A stretch of 60,148 nucleotides of DNA from Candidatus Nealsonbacteria bacterium (GTDB taxonomy: Bacteria > Patescibacteriota > Minisyncoccia > Minisyncoccales > PWPS01), in the NCBI GenBank assembly GCA_003551435.1, contig PUMQ01000021.1:1-60148 (forward strand). Reading direction: 5' to 3'. Every line of letters begins with the position of its first letter. Position 1 is the stretch's first letter. This document shows, one piece after another, positions 19,601 to 27,795 of this stretch. The notes under the pieces are model-generated. The model did not search any database, was not told where the DNA came from, and was given only the letters and a program-made list of their open reading frames with translations. The position numbers and the translations under genes were made by a program.

Positions 19601-19844
19601 CTCCGTGCGCGTGGGAGTCATCGTGTCTGCTGTCAAAAAAATAATCACCAAATCCGGAGAGCCGATGTACTTTGTCCGAGTGGAAGATCTTACGGACAAC
19701 ATTGAAGTAATCGTCTTTCCCCGAGCTTTGAAAAAGAACGGCTCTCTTTTTGAAGAAGGAAACTCTCTTTTTATTTCCGGTAGAGTAAGCCATCGCGATG
19801 AAGCTCCCAAAATAATCTGTGAAACCGCGCAAGAGATAAAATAA
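16650..19844 (+). CDS. dnaE: DNA polymerase III alpha subunit
   Basis: PHP domain start MSFTHLHVHSEYSLLDG, then GPGRGSAGGSIISYLLGIT and DIDLDF motifs. The upstream extension of the track ORF overlaps rnhB and is rejected. Confidence 0.95.
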   Translation: MSFTHLHVHSEYSLLDGLPKINQLLNHVKKNNMDSVALTDHGALYGAIEFYTKAKEMGIKPIIGAEVYVALDKMSDRRPNVDNKSYHLVLLSKNEKGYQNLVKLVTKGHLEGFYYKPRIDEKLLEKHTEGLIALTACIRGKVPQLVLSGKREKAKDLAVRYENLFGKGNFYLEIQYHPNIEEQSTVNKELVKISKETGIPLVATCDSHYLLPEDAETQDILMSIGTGTEVSDPERLTMQEDDFSMRSPEEMKKLFKDTPEAIDNTKKIKELCNLEIPLGNIILPRFPLEEEKTADEKLEELCREGIKKRYPETDSGDNNTKKQKKKEIEDRLKMELEVITGAKLSSYFLIVQDFVSWAKENKIVVGPGRGSAGGSIISYLLGITSIDPLHYGLIFERFLNPGRAKVSLPDIDLDFADRRRDEVIHYIAGKYGENRVAQIITFGTMAARAAIRDVGRALGYSYSYCDKIAKMIPFGMNLKETKDSVADFRQTYDTDKEAGRLIDHAEKLEGVVRHASTHACGVVISDKPLQNLVPLQHPTQNESTVVTQYSMDHIETLGLLKMDLLGLKNLTVIEDTLKRIYAIHKKSIDIESIPLDDKKTFHLLQEGKTVGIFQLESGGFQRYLKQLKPTNIEEIIAMVSLYRPGPMKFIPDYIERKHGKKEITYLHPRLEPILKPTYGICVFQEQVMKIANDLAGFTLEEADVLRKAIGKKIEKLLKGQKEKFITGIEKNGIDKKVGEKLWSWIEPFTQYSFNKSHAAAYAQIAYQTAYLKAHYKKEFMSALLTAEQGDTERVGLLIADCKKMDISVLPPDINESYMGFSVVPEKPQIRFGLWAIKNVGVKVVEEIVKERKKNGPFKSLDDFLTRIESQSLNKKSLESLIRAGTFDRFKERGELLYNLEKILEYGREKRKNKSNGQTGLFDGISSRDDLKLEKAPPLSKKEKLEWEKKLLGLFITGHPLEYLEKEIKNKGITVEKAKKQASDTSVRVGVIVSAVKKIITKSGEPMYFVRVEDLTDNIEVIVFPRALKKNGSLFEEGNSLFISGRVSHRDEAPKIICETAQEIK

Positions 19845-19996
19845 CCGGCGCCCGACATTTAAGCTCCGGGGGCCGGACCTCCGGGATTTGAATTTAATGC
19901 AAAAAACCATTACAATATAAGAAAATTTAAGCAGTGTTGCTTAATCGGGTATTGTTTAACCAGGATAAGCAACAGGTTAAGTAACGTTATAAAAAT

Positions 19997-21739
19997 ATGT
20001 CTGACAACAATATGGAGAAAATGAGGCACTCTCTTGCCCATATTTTAGCAAAAGCGGTAAAAGACCTGTATCCACAGGTAAGGTTGGGTATCGGGCCGGC
20101 AATTGAAAGCGGGTTTTATTACGATTTTGACAGCTTAAACATAAAAGAAGAAAACCTTCCAAAAATTGAGAAAAAAATGAAAGAACTGATAAAGCAAGGC
20201 ATCACTTTTGAAAAATCAACCGTCTCCAAAAGAAAAGCAAGAGAGCTCTTCAAAAACGAACCTTACAAGCTGGAACTTATTGAAGAAATCAAGGGAGAAG
20301 AAATCTCAATTTACAAAAGCGGAGATTTCACCGATCTTTGCGACGGTCCGCACATTGATAATTCAAAAGAGATAAATCCGGACGCTTTTAAAATTGATAA
20401 AACGGCGGGAGCGTACTTTAAAGGATCGGCAGAAAATCCCATGCTCCAGAGAATATACGGACTGGCTTTTGAAACAAAAAAAGAATTGGAAGAGTATCTC
20501 AAAAACAGGGAAGAAGCAGAAAAAAGAGACCACCGCAAAATAGGAAGAGATCTTGAGCTGTTTATGTTTGATGAAGAGGTCGGTCAAGGGCTCCTCCTTT
20601 ACCTTCCTAAAGGAGGGATGCTCAGGTATCTTTTGATGAGCTTTGCCATGGAGACTTACCTTGAAAACGGATACGAAATAGTCTCCACTCCCCATATTGC
20701 AAGAGAGAGTCTGTGGGAACGCTCCGGCCATCTCAAGTTTTACAAAGACGATATGTACGGACCGCTTTCCGTTGACGAAAGAAATTACCGCCTCAAGCCG
20801 ATGAACTGCCCATTTCATGTGAAAATGTACAAATCAAAAAAAAGGAGCTACCGCGAACTCCCCATAAGATGGGCAGAGATGGGAACAGTTTACCGCTACG
20901 AAAAATCCGGGGAGCTCCACGGGCTTACCCGGCCCCGGGGATTTACCCAGGACGACGCTCACATTATCTGCGTAAGAGAAGACCTGGAAAAAGAAGTAAA
21001 AAAAGCGCTGGAAATAACCCGCTATATTTACAAAACGTTGGGAATGGAAAATCTTTCTTTCAAGCTGGCTGTCCGGGATCCAAATAATCTTGAAAATTAT
21101 TTTGGCGATGATAATTCTTGGAAAGAGGCGGAAAACTGTTTGAAAAAAGCGCTGATATCATTTGGCGCTTCCGATTATGTTCTTGACGAAGGAGAGGCCA
21201 CTTTTTACGCTCCCAAAATTGATATCGATGCGGTTGATGCTATGGGAAGAAGCTGGCAGCTTTCCACCATTCAGGTTGATTTCAACCTCACTTCCCGTTT
21301 CAAAATGAGCTATATCAATAAAAGCGGAGAAGAAGAAACTCCTTTTATGATACATCGGGCGCTTCTGGGATCTATCGAAAGATTTCTAGGCGTTTATATT
21401 GAACATACAAAAGGAAATTTCCCTCTTTGGCTTTCTCCCGAACAGGTACGGATCATCCCTGTTTCTCAAAAGAGCGAGGGTTACGCAAAAGAGGTCTGGG
21501 AGAAAATGAAAAAAGAAGGAATTAGAGCAGAGTTGATAAGCCACGGGGAAACTTTGTCCAAAGAGATAAGAAACGGTGAAACCCAAAAAATACCTTACTT
21601 GCTTGTGGTGGGAGAAAAAGAAAAAGAAAATAGCTCGGTGAGCGTAAGATACCGCGGCAAAGACGAAGGAACAATGGATTCAAGCAAGTTTATTGAAAGA
21701 ATAAAGAAAGAATCAAGAATGGAAAAGTTTAAGGGCTAA
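19997..21739 (+). CDS. thrS: Threonine--tRNA ligase (N-terminally short; begins at the second additional/editing domain)
   Basis: HSLAHILAKAV (HxxxH editing motif) and class II core (RDHRKIG, FMFDEEVGQG, LKPMNCPFH, TRPRGFTQDDAHIF-like). At 580 aa it has no TGS domain. Confidence 0.93.
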   Translation: MSDNNMEKMRHSLAHILAKAVKDLYPQVRLGIGPAIESGFYYDFDSLNIKEENLPKIEKKMKELIKQGITFEKSTVSKRKARELFKNEPYKLELIEEIKGEEISIYKSGDFTDLCDGPHIDNSKEINPDAFKIDKTAGAYFKGSAENPMLQRIYGLAFETKKELEEYLKNREEAEKRDHRKIGRDLELFMFDEEVGQGLLLYLPKGGMLRYLLMSFAMETYLENGYEIVSTPHIARESLWERSGHLKFYKDDMYGPLSVDERNYRLKPMNCPFHVKMYKSKKRSYRELPIRWAEMGTVYRYEKSGELHGLTRPRGFTQDDAHIICVREDLEKEVKKALEITRYIYKTLGMENLSFKLAVRDPNNLENYFGDDNSWKEAENCLKKALISFGASDYVLDEGEATFYAPKIDIDAVDAMGRSWQLSTIQVDFNLTSRFKMSYINKSGEEETPFMIHRALLGSIERFLGVYIEHTKGNFPLWLSPEQVRIIPVSQKSEGYAKEVWEKMKKEGIRAELISHGETLSKEIRNGETQKIPYLLVVGEKEKENSSVSVRYRGKDEGTMDSSKFIERIKKESRMEKFKG

Positions 21740-21768
21740 AATAAAAGAACTGCTTAACCCGATTTATT

Positions 21769-23376
21769 ATGTCTGAACTCTCTCCCCTAACTCAAAAGCT
21801 TTTAAGAGATTTTTTCCGATCGGGAAAGTCCTCTTTCAAAGAGGAAGGGCCTTTTCTCGAAGCAGATGAAATCACGGTCCGAGTAGCCAGTTTTTATGAA
21901 AAGATAAGAGGAGTAATTGACTGGAAAGGAGAACATCTCTTAAAAAGAAACGCCATTGAAAGGTCTCTCAAAAGAAAAATATTTTCAGAAACCGCTCTCC
22001 GTGCAGAAGTGGCCCCTATCCCCGCAGAACCTTTTGTAACGGACCTTATTCGCTCGGGACATTTTAAGAGTAAAAGAATAGCCGAATCAAAAGTTACTCA
22101 AGTGCAATCCGCCCTTGATAAGTACGTTTACCTTCTGCAAAAAACTCCGAAAAACAAGGGTAACGGATTTAAAATAAGTTTTGGCAATTGGCTTTCCGCT
22201 GTAGCCGCATGTGAAGTGGAGGAGATTTTATCCGAATCGGACAAAGAAAGAGCTCTTCTTTCTTACGCTTTCCGCTTGCTGAAAAAAAAGATAAAAATAG
22301 AAAACGAAAAAGAGATAAAAGAGGAGGAAAAAGACCTTCTTTTATACATCGCCGTTCAGCAGGCCCTTTTTAATCTCGATTCACCGATTATTTCCTACCA
22401 TATTTTAAAATTCAAATACGAGAACTGGAAAAATCCCGGTAAGGAAGACCTCAAAAAAATTGCCGAAAGCATCCATAAAGAAAAAGAAGAGATTGACCGC
22501 CTGTTGCGCCATCCCCTGCTTAAAAAACTATATCAGCTCTGTAAAAAGAAAAACACCCCTTATCTCATTATCGGAGATATTTTGCGTGATAACCCGAAAA
22601 AAGCAAAAGAGATACTTTCCGACCCGGAAAAGGCAGAAAAGAAAATTGTTGAATATTACCAAAAAAGAGTTGATAAAATGAAAGGAAGGCTGTACCGAGC
22701 AGCGATGTATACTACCGTATCGATATTTATTACCAACGTAGCCGCACTCCTTGCCATAGAAATTCCTTTTTCAAGATATATAGGCATCGGGGAGTTTACC
22801 CCTCTGGTAGTAGCAATTGACGTTTTGGTCCCCACTTTGCTTATGGCCTTGCTTGTAATTACCGTCTCTCCTCCTCCCGAAAAAAATAAAAAAATGGTGG
22901 TTTTAGAAACAATGAAAGTGTTGTACAAGAGAGAAAGAGAAGACACCCACCTTATAAGAGGATCTAAAAGGAAAAAGCCCGCTCTTTACTTTGCGGTAAG
23001 TGTCTTTTACGCTATTTGTTTTCTCATCTCGGTAGGGGCAATCGTCTGGCTTCTGAGCCTTATAAACTTCCCTCTTTTGTCTTACTTCATTTTCATCATT
23101 TTTCTTTCTCTTATCGCTTTTGCCGGAGTTAAAATAAGGGAACGGGCAAAAGAGCTGTATATGATAGAAACAAAAGACAACTTTTTAACGGTTATCGTTG
23201 ATCTTTTCGCCCTCCCGGTAGTCCAACTGGGAAAGTGGCTTACCGCCCGGTGGGAAAAATACAACATACTCTCCGTTTTTTTTACCGCTCTCTTGGATAT
23301 GCCCTTTAAATTTTTTATTGAAATTTTAGACCATTGGAGAGACTACTTAAAGGAGAAAAAGGAAGGAATCTACTAA
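21769..23376 (+). CDS. Hypothetical polytopic membrane protein (about 300-aa soluble N-domain plus 5-6 predicted TM helices)
   Basis: 535-aa ORF with hydrophobic stretches from about residue 310 onward (e.g. YTTVSIFITNVAALLAIEIPF, ALYFAVSVFYAICFLISVGAIVWLL). I recognise no catalytic motif. Confidence 0.6.
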   Translation: MSELSPLTQKLLRDFFRSGKSSFKEEGPFLEADEITVRVASFYEKIRGVIDWKGEHLLKRNAIERSLKRKIFSETALRAEVAPIPAEPFVTDLIRSGHFKSKRIAESKVTQVQSALDKYVYLLQKTPKNKGNGFKISFGNWLSAVAACEVEEILSESDKERALLSYAFRLLKKKIKIENEKEIKEEEKDLLLYIAVQQALFNLDSPIISYHILKFKYENWKNPGKEDLKKIAESIHKEKEEIDRLLRHPLLKKLYQLCKKKNTPYLIIGDILRDNPKKAKEILSDPEKAEKKIVEYYQKRVDKMKGRLYRAAMYTTVSIFITNVAALLAIEIPFSRYIGIGEFTPLVVAIDVLVPTLLMALLVITVSPPPEKNKKMVVLETMKVLYKREREDTHLIRGSKRKKPALYFAVSVFYAICFLISVGAIVWLLSLINFPLLSYFIFIIFLSLIAFAGVKIRERAKELYMIETKDNFLTVIVDLFALPVVQLGKWLTARWEKYNILSVFFTALLDMPFKFFIEILDHWRDYLKEKKEGIY

Positions 23377-23404
23377 CTGTTAATTGCTTTGAAGCCTTAA
23401 GGGT

Positions 23405-24628
23405 ATGAAATACTGCATTATTACTTTCGGTTGCCAGGCCAACAAAAGCGATAGTGAAAAAATCGCCTCCTTTTTAGAGAAAAACGGGTTGCAAAAAACC
23501 TCGGAAAAGGAAGCCGACTTTGTCGTAATAAACTCCTGCAGTGTCAGACAGTCGGCTGTTGACAGGATGGAGGCCAAAATACGGGAGATAAAGAAAAGAA
23601 AAAAGCCCCCTGTTACCGCTCTTACGGGATGTGTTCTCCAAAAAGACAAGAAAAAGCTAAAACCTTTCTTTGACTACATGCTGCCGGAAAAAGAGCTTTT
23701 CCCGCAAAAAATACCTTTCCTAAAAAAAGGATTCTTAAAAGAAGCCCCCAAGAGAGAAAAACCTACTGCTTACATCACCATTATGTCCGGATGTGACAAT
23801 TTTTGCTCTTATTGCGTAGTTCCTTACACCAAAGGAAGAGAGTCGTCCCGCCCGGCAAAAGAAGTGGTAGAGGAAGCAAAAAAAACAATTAAAGAAGGAT
23901 ATCGGGATATCTGGCTTTTAGGGCAGAATGTAAATTCCTACAAAGGAGGCGTAAAGTTTTCCAATCTCCTGCGGGAAATAAACAAAATCCGAGGCGATTT
24001 TTGGGTTAGATTTACAAGCTCTCACCCTAAAGATTTTTCAAGCGACATCATCTCTGTAATAAAAAACTGTAAAAAGATAACCAATTATCTCCATCTCCCC
24101 GTTCAGTCCGGAGACGATGAAATACTAAAAAAGATGAACCGCTCTTATACGTCAGAGCAGTATAAAAAAGCAGTAAATGAGGCTAAAAAGGAAATTCCCG
24201 GACTGTCCGTTTCCACGGACATAATTGTCGGCTTTCCCGGAGAAACCGAAAAACAGTTCCATAACACGGTAAAACTAGTAAAGGAAATTGGCTTTGACAT
24301 GATCTATATCGGACGCTATTCCCCTCGCATGCAAACAGCCGCTTACAATATGAAAGAAACTGTTTCCGAGGAAGAAAAAAGAAGAAGAGAAAAGATTTTG
24401 GAAGAACTTCTAAAAGAAAGTAATTTAGAGAAAAACAAAAAGCTCGTGGGCAGAAAAATACGTGTTTTAACTACTCAGATGACCAAAAAGAATCTTTTAT
24501 CAGGGAAAACCGAGGGGTACAAAAGCGTACTGTTTAAGGGTCCTAAAAGCTTAATTGGCGAGTTTGTCAAAATTAAAATAACGGGATACTCTTCATGGGG
24601 ATTAAAGGGAAAAATAAGCAGAAAATAG
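23405..24628 (+). CDS. miaB: tRNA methylthiotransferase, radical SAM (MiaB-like)
   Basis: UPF0004 N-domain (ITFGCQANKSDSE), radical SAM CxxxCxxC (CDNFCSYCVVPYTKGRE) and a TRAM-like C-terminus. Confidence 0.88.
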   Translation: MKYCIITFGCQANKSDSEKIASFLEKNGLQKTSEKEADFVVINSCSVRQSAVDRMEAKIREIKKRKKPPVTALTGCVLQKDKKKLKPFFDYMLPEKELFPQKIPFLKKGFLKEAPKREKPTAYITIMSGCDNFCSYCVVPYTKGRESSRPAKEVVEEAKKTIKEGYRDIWLLGQNVNSYKGGVKFSNLLREINKIRGDFWVRFTSSHPKDFSSDIISVIKNCKKITNYLHLPVQSGDDEILKKMNRSYTSEQYKKAVNEAKKEIPGLSVSTDIIVGFPGETEKQFHNTVKLVKEIGFDMIYIGRYSPRMQTAAYNMKETVSEEEKRRREKILEELLKESNLEKNKKLVGRKIRVLTTQMTKKNLLSGKTEGYKSVLFKGPKSLIGEFVKIKITGYSSWGLKGKISRK

Positions 24629-25494
24629 TGGTTATTCTCGGCCCCACCGCCTCGGGAAAAAGCGACTTGGCAGTACAGCTTTCCTTAAGGTTTAACGGAG
24701 AAGTAGTCTCTGCCGACTCAAGGCAGGTGTATAAAGGAATGAACATCGGTTCTGGGAAAATAACGAAGAAAGAAATGAAGGGAGTCCCCCACTATCTTCT
24801 TGATGTGGCAAGTCCTAAAAGAAAATTTACCGCTTCCCGCTACAAACAGCTTTCTGAAAAAGCGATAAACAAAATATTAAAAAAGAAAAAAATTCCTTTT
24901 GTCTGCGGGGGAAGCGCTTTTTACATTAAAGCGCTCGTTGACGGAATTATTCTTCCCGAAGTTCCTCCCGACTGGAATTTAAGGAAAAAACTGGAGAAAG
25001 AAGACGCGGAAAGCTTGTATAAAAAACTAAAAAAAATAGATCCGAAAAGAGCAAAAAATATCGACAGGCAAAACAAAAGACGCCTTATAAGAGCAATTGA
25101 AATTATTGAAAAATCAAAAAAACCAGTTCCGGGCATCAAAAAAAATTCTCCTTACAATCCTCTTTTTTTAGGACTAAAGATAAGCCAAAAGGAACTCAGT
25201 AAAAAAATAGAAAAACGCCTGAAAAAGCGCCTTCAAAGAGGAATGGTAAAAGAAGTAAAGAAATTAAGAGAATCCGGTGTTTCTTTTAAGCGATTGGAGG
25301 AGTTCGGAATGGAGTACGAGTGGGCAGCCAAGTATCTGCAAAAAAAGATATCAAAAAAAGAGATGGTAGAGAGAATCCAAAAAGAAAGCGAGCAGTTTGC
25401 CAAAAAACAGATGGCTTGGTGGAAAAACGACAAGAGAATAAACTGGATAAAAACCCAAAAACAAGCGGAAGTCCTCGTCAAATCTTTCCTCTAA
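24595..25494 (+). CDS. miaA: tRNA dimethylallyltransferase
   Basis: P-loop GPTASGKS with DSRQVYKGMNIGSGK, GGSAFYIKAL and RRLIRAIE. It overlaps the miaB 3' end by 34 nt. Confidence 0.93.
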   Translation: MGIKGKNKQKIVVILGPTASGKSDLAVQLSLRFNGEVVSADSRQVYKGMNIGSGKITKKEMKGVPHYLLDVASPKRKFTASRYKQLSEKAINKILKKKKIPFVCGGSAFYIKALVDGIILPEVPPDWNLRKKLEKEDAESLYKKLKKIDPKRAKNIDRQNKRRLIRAIEIIEKSKKPVPGIKKNSPYNPLFLGLKISQKELSKKIEKRLKKRLQRGMVKEVKKLRESGVSFKRLEEFGMEYEWAAKYLQKKISKKEMVERIQKESEQFAKKQMAWWKNDKRINWIKTQKQAEVLVKSFL

Positions 25495-25497
25495 AAA

Positions 25498-25519
25498 TGC
25501 GAAGGTCCGACCTTCGCAA
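25498..25519. terminator. Bidirectional terminator hairpin tgcgaaggtccgaccttcgca (copy 2 of the conserved family)
   Basis: The palindrome is flanked by aaaaa upstream and ttttttt downstream, between convergent miaA and gatB. Confidence 0.7.
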
Positions 25520-25525
25520 GTTTTT

Positions 25526-26995
25526 TTATTGGAGGCGGGCTTTAAATATTTTGCTTAGTTCTTCGGGATTGGCTCTTCCTTTTGTTTTTGCCATTGCTTG
25601 CCCCGTTAAAAACTTAAGTGCCTCTTCTTTTCCGTTTTTGTAGTCATTCGCCGCCTTTTTGTTTTCTTTAATTACCTCTAAAACAACTTTTTCCAGCTCT
25701 TCTTCGCCGCTTACCTGAGAAAGCTCTTTTTCTTTTACGATTTCCGAAGGGGATTTCGGATTGGTAAGCATTTCCCTCAATAGCGTTTTGGCAATTTTGC
25801 TTGAAATTTCTTTTTTATAAATAAGCCAGGCGAAATCGGCAAAATTTTCCGGAGCGATTAAAACTTCTTTAACGGACCTTCCTTCAAGCATTCCAAGGAG
25901 GTCGGTCAAAAGGTAGCTTTTTACAATACGGACTACTCCCTCTTTTTCTTCTTTCGTAAGCTTGTCCTTCCACTCTTCTTTTTTTATCTTTAAAGCGATT
26001 TGGGAAACAATCTCTTCAAAATAGTCCGCCAAATCTTCGCTGTTTATAAAAACCTCCATTTCTCTTTCGTCTTCTATCCCGTAATCTTTTCTAAACCGTT
26101 CCCTTTTTTCTTGGGGAAGCTCTACTCCTATTTCTAAATGATTTTTGCTAAAAGGAGGATCGTTTAAATAAAGCGGCGGGAGGTCAGGTTCGGGAAAGTA
26201 ACGGTAATCATGCACCAACTCTTTTTCTCTTTGAGGAAATGTTTTTTCTTCGTTTTCGTCCCATCCCCTGGTTTCTTGAATTACCTTTTCTCCTTTTTCC
26301 AAAGCCTCTCCTTGCCTTTTTATTTCATAATCCGTGGCCCGCTCTACGGCACGGAAAGAGTTTAAGTTCTTAATCTCCACTCTTGTTCCTTTTCTTCCTT
26401 CCATATGGGACATGGAGATATTAACCTCCACCCTCATCTGTCCTTTGTCCATATTGGCGTCGGATACTCCAAGGTATAGAAAAATAAGGCGAAGTTCTTC
26501 GGCAAATTTGCGCGCCTCTTTTGCAGACCGGATATCCGCTTCAGTGACAAGCTCCATTAAAGGTACCCCCGAACGATTAAAATCAACCAAAGAGTATCCC
26601 TTCTTTTCATCGTGGACAAGACGTCCCGTATCTTCTTCCAAGTGAATACGGTTCACCCGTATCTTTCTTCCTTCTATCTCAAGATGCCCGTGAAAGCAAA
26701 GCGGCCTTCTGTCTTGAGATATCTGGTAGCCCTTGGGAAGGTCTGGATAGAAATAATTTTTCCGGTCAAAATTGGAAACCTCTCTGAGCTCGCACCCCAG
26801 AGACATTCCCGCCCGAAGGACCATTATTACCGCTTTTTTGTTAATTACGGGGAGCGTCCCCGGATGGCCCAGACAAAGCGGGCACACGTGAATGTTCGGT
26901 TCTCTCGTTTCCGGATCGTTCACGCAAGAACAGAACATCTTTGAGGACGTTTTAAGTTGCGTGTGAATTTCCAGTCCGATAACGGGTTTGTACAT
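25526..26995 (-). CDS. gatB: Asp/Glu-tRNA(Asn/Gln) amidotransferase subunit B
   Basis: MYKPVIGLEIHTQL...KMFCSC...CPLCLGHPGTLPV...DRKNYFYPDLPKGYQISQ is GatB. Confidence 0.95.
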   Translation of the reverse strand: MYKPVIGLEIHTQLKTSSKMFCSCVNDPETREPNIHVCPLCLGHPGTLPVINKKAVIMVLRAGMSLGCELREVSNFDRKNYFYPDLPKGYQISQDRRPLCFHGHLEIEGRKIRVNRIHLEEDTGRLVHDEKKGYSLVDFNRSGVPLMELVTEADIRSAKEARKFAEELRLIFLYLGVSDANMDKGQMRVEVNISMSHMEGRKGTRVEIKNLNSFRAVERATDYEIKRQGEALEKGEKVIQETRGWDENEEKTFPQREKELVHDYRYFPEPDLPPLYLNDPPFSKNHLEIGVELPQEKRERFRKDYGIEDEREMEVFINSEDLADYFEEIVSQIALKIKKEEWKDKLTKEEKEGVVRIVKSYLLTDLLGMLEGRSVKEVLIAPENFADFAWLIYKKEISSKIAKTLLREMLTNPKSPSEIVKEKELSQVSGEEELEKVVLEVIKENKKAANDYKNGKEEALKFLTGQAMAKTKGRANPEELSKIFKARLQ

Positions 26996-27019
26996 GAAAG
27001 TAATATTGCCTAACCGATG

Positions 27020-27685
27020 TTAGGCAACGCCATGTGCTTGTTCTTCTTTTACAATTTCAACACCCGAGCTTGTTCCTATAATATCGGCTCCCGCCTCTTC
27101 CATGTATTTGGCTTTGGTATAATCTCTGATATTTCCGGAGGCCTTGATGAGAAGCCCGGGCGCTGCCTCTCTCATAATTTTTAGGTGATAAGCTTTTTCC
27201 TCCGCCTCCCTTTCTTCCAAGGGATCTTTAAAGGTGGCTGTTTTTACACAAACCGCTCCTGCTTCTTTTACAAGCTCAGACGCCTTTTTTATCTCTTCGT
27301 CGGTAAGATATCCTGACCCGATAATTACTTTTGTAGGGAGAATTTCGCAAACGGGCTTTAAATCACTCAAAATATTTTCATATCTTTCATATTTTAAGTC
27401 CACGATATTTATCACTATATCAAGCTCATCCGCTCCATCTTTTTTTACCTTTTCACACATTTTTACTCTTTCTTCGTGAGAACTAAGGCCCATTGGGGGG
27501 TCAATAAGAACCACTACTTTAACGCTGCTTCCTCCAAGCTCTTTTGCGCAAAAACTAACCCACTCCGGATTAACACAAACCCCGTGAAACTCGTGCTCTC
27601 TTGCCTCCTCGCAAAGTTTTTTAATATCCTCTTGTGTAGCATCTCTTTTAATATTTGTGTGGTCTATTTTTTTAGCAATACTCAT
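27020..27685 (-). CDS. deoC: Deoxyribose-phosphate aldolase
   Basis: IDHTNIKRDAT..., VCVNPEWV and a VKT/KASGGI-like pattern (VCVKTATF, IKASGNIRD) fit a DeoC-type class I aldolase. Confidence 0.85.
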   Translation of the reverse strand: MSIAKKIDHTNIKRDATQEDIKKLCEEAREHEFHGVCVNPEWVSFCAKELGGSSVKVVVLIDPPMGLSSHEERVKMCEKVKKDGADELDIVINIVDLKYERYENILSDLKPVCEILPTKVIIGSGYLTDEEIKKASELVKEAGAVCVKTATFKDPLEEREAEEKAYHLKIMREAAPGLLIKASGNIRDYTKAKYMEEAGADIIGTSSGVEIVKEEQAHGVA

Positions 27686-27746
27686 ATTTTTGCCTTTTTA
27701 AATTAACAATAGCGTGGAAATAATACCACAAAAAAACCCTTTAAGC

Positions 27747-27772
27747 AAAAAAAAGCTCCTCTAATGAGGAGC
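27747..27772 (-). terminator. Rho-independent terminator downstream of thyX
   Basis: Minus strand reads gctcctc-atta-gaggagc followed by tttttttt. Confidence 0.65.
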
Positions 27773-27795
27773 GTTAAGAAGCAGGCAAGCCTAAT

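Noticed and set aside
19927-19944. Hairpin ttaagcagtgttgcttaa upstream of thrS as a T-box or tRNA-Thr anticodon-arm mimic operator
   Set aside because: No T-box core (UGGNACCGCG) or terminator/antiterminator pair exists in 19845-19996. The loop is 4-6 nt rather than a 7-nt anticodon-like loop. The evidence is too weak to call.
27008-27029. Hairpin ttgcctaac-cgat-gttaggcaa spanning the deoC stop codon as a regulatory attenuator
   Set aside because: It is a single short stem with no T-run and no alternative structure. It overlaps coding sequence and may simply be coincidental.
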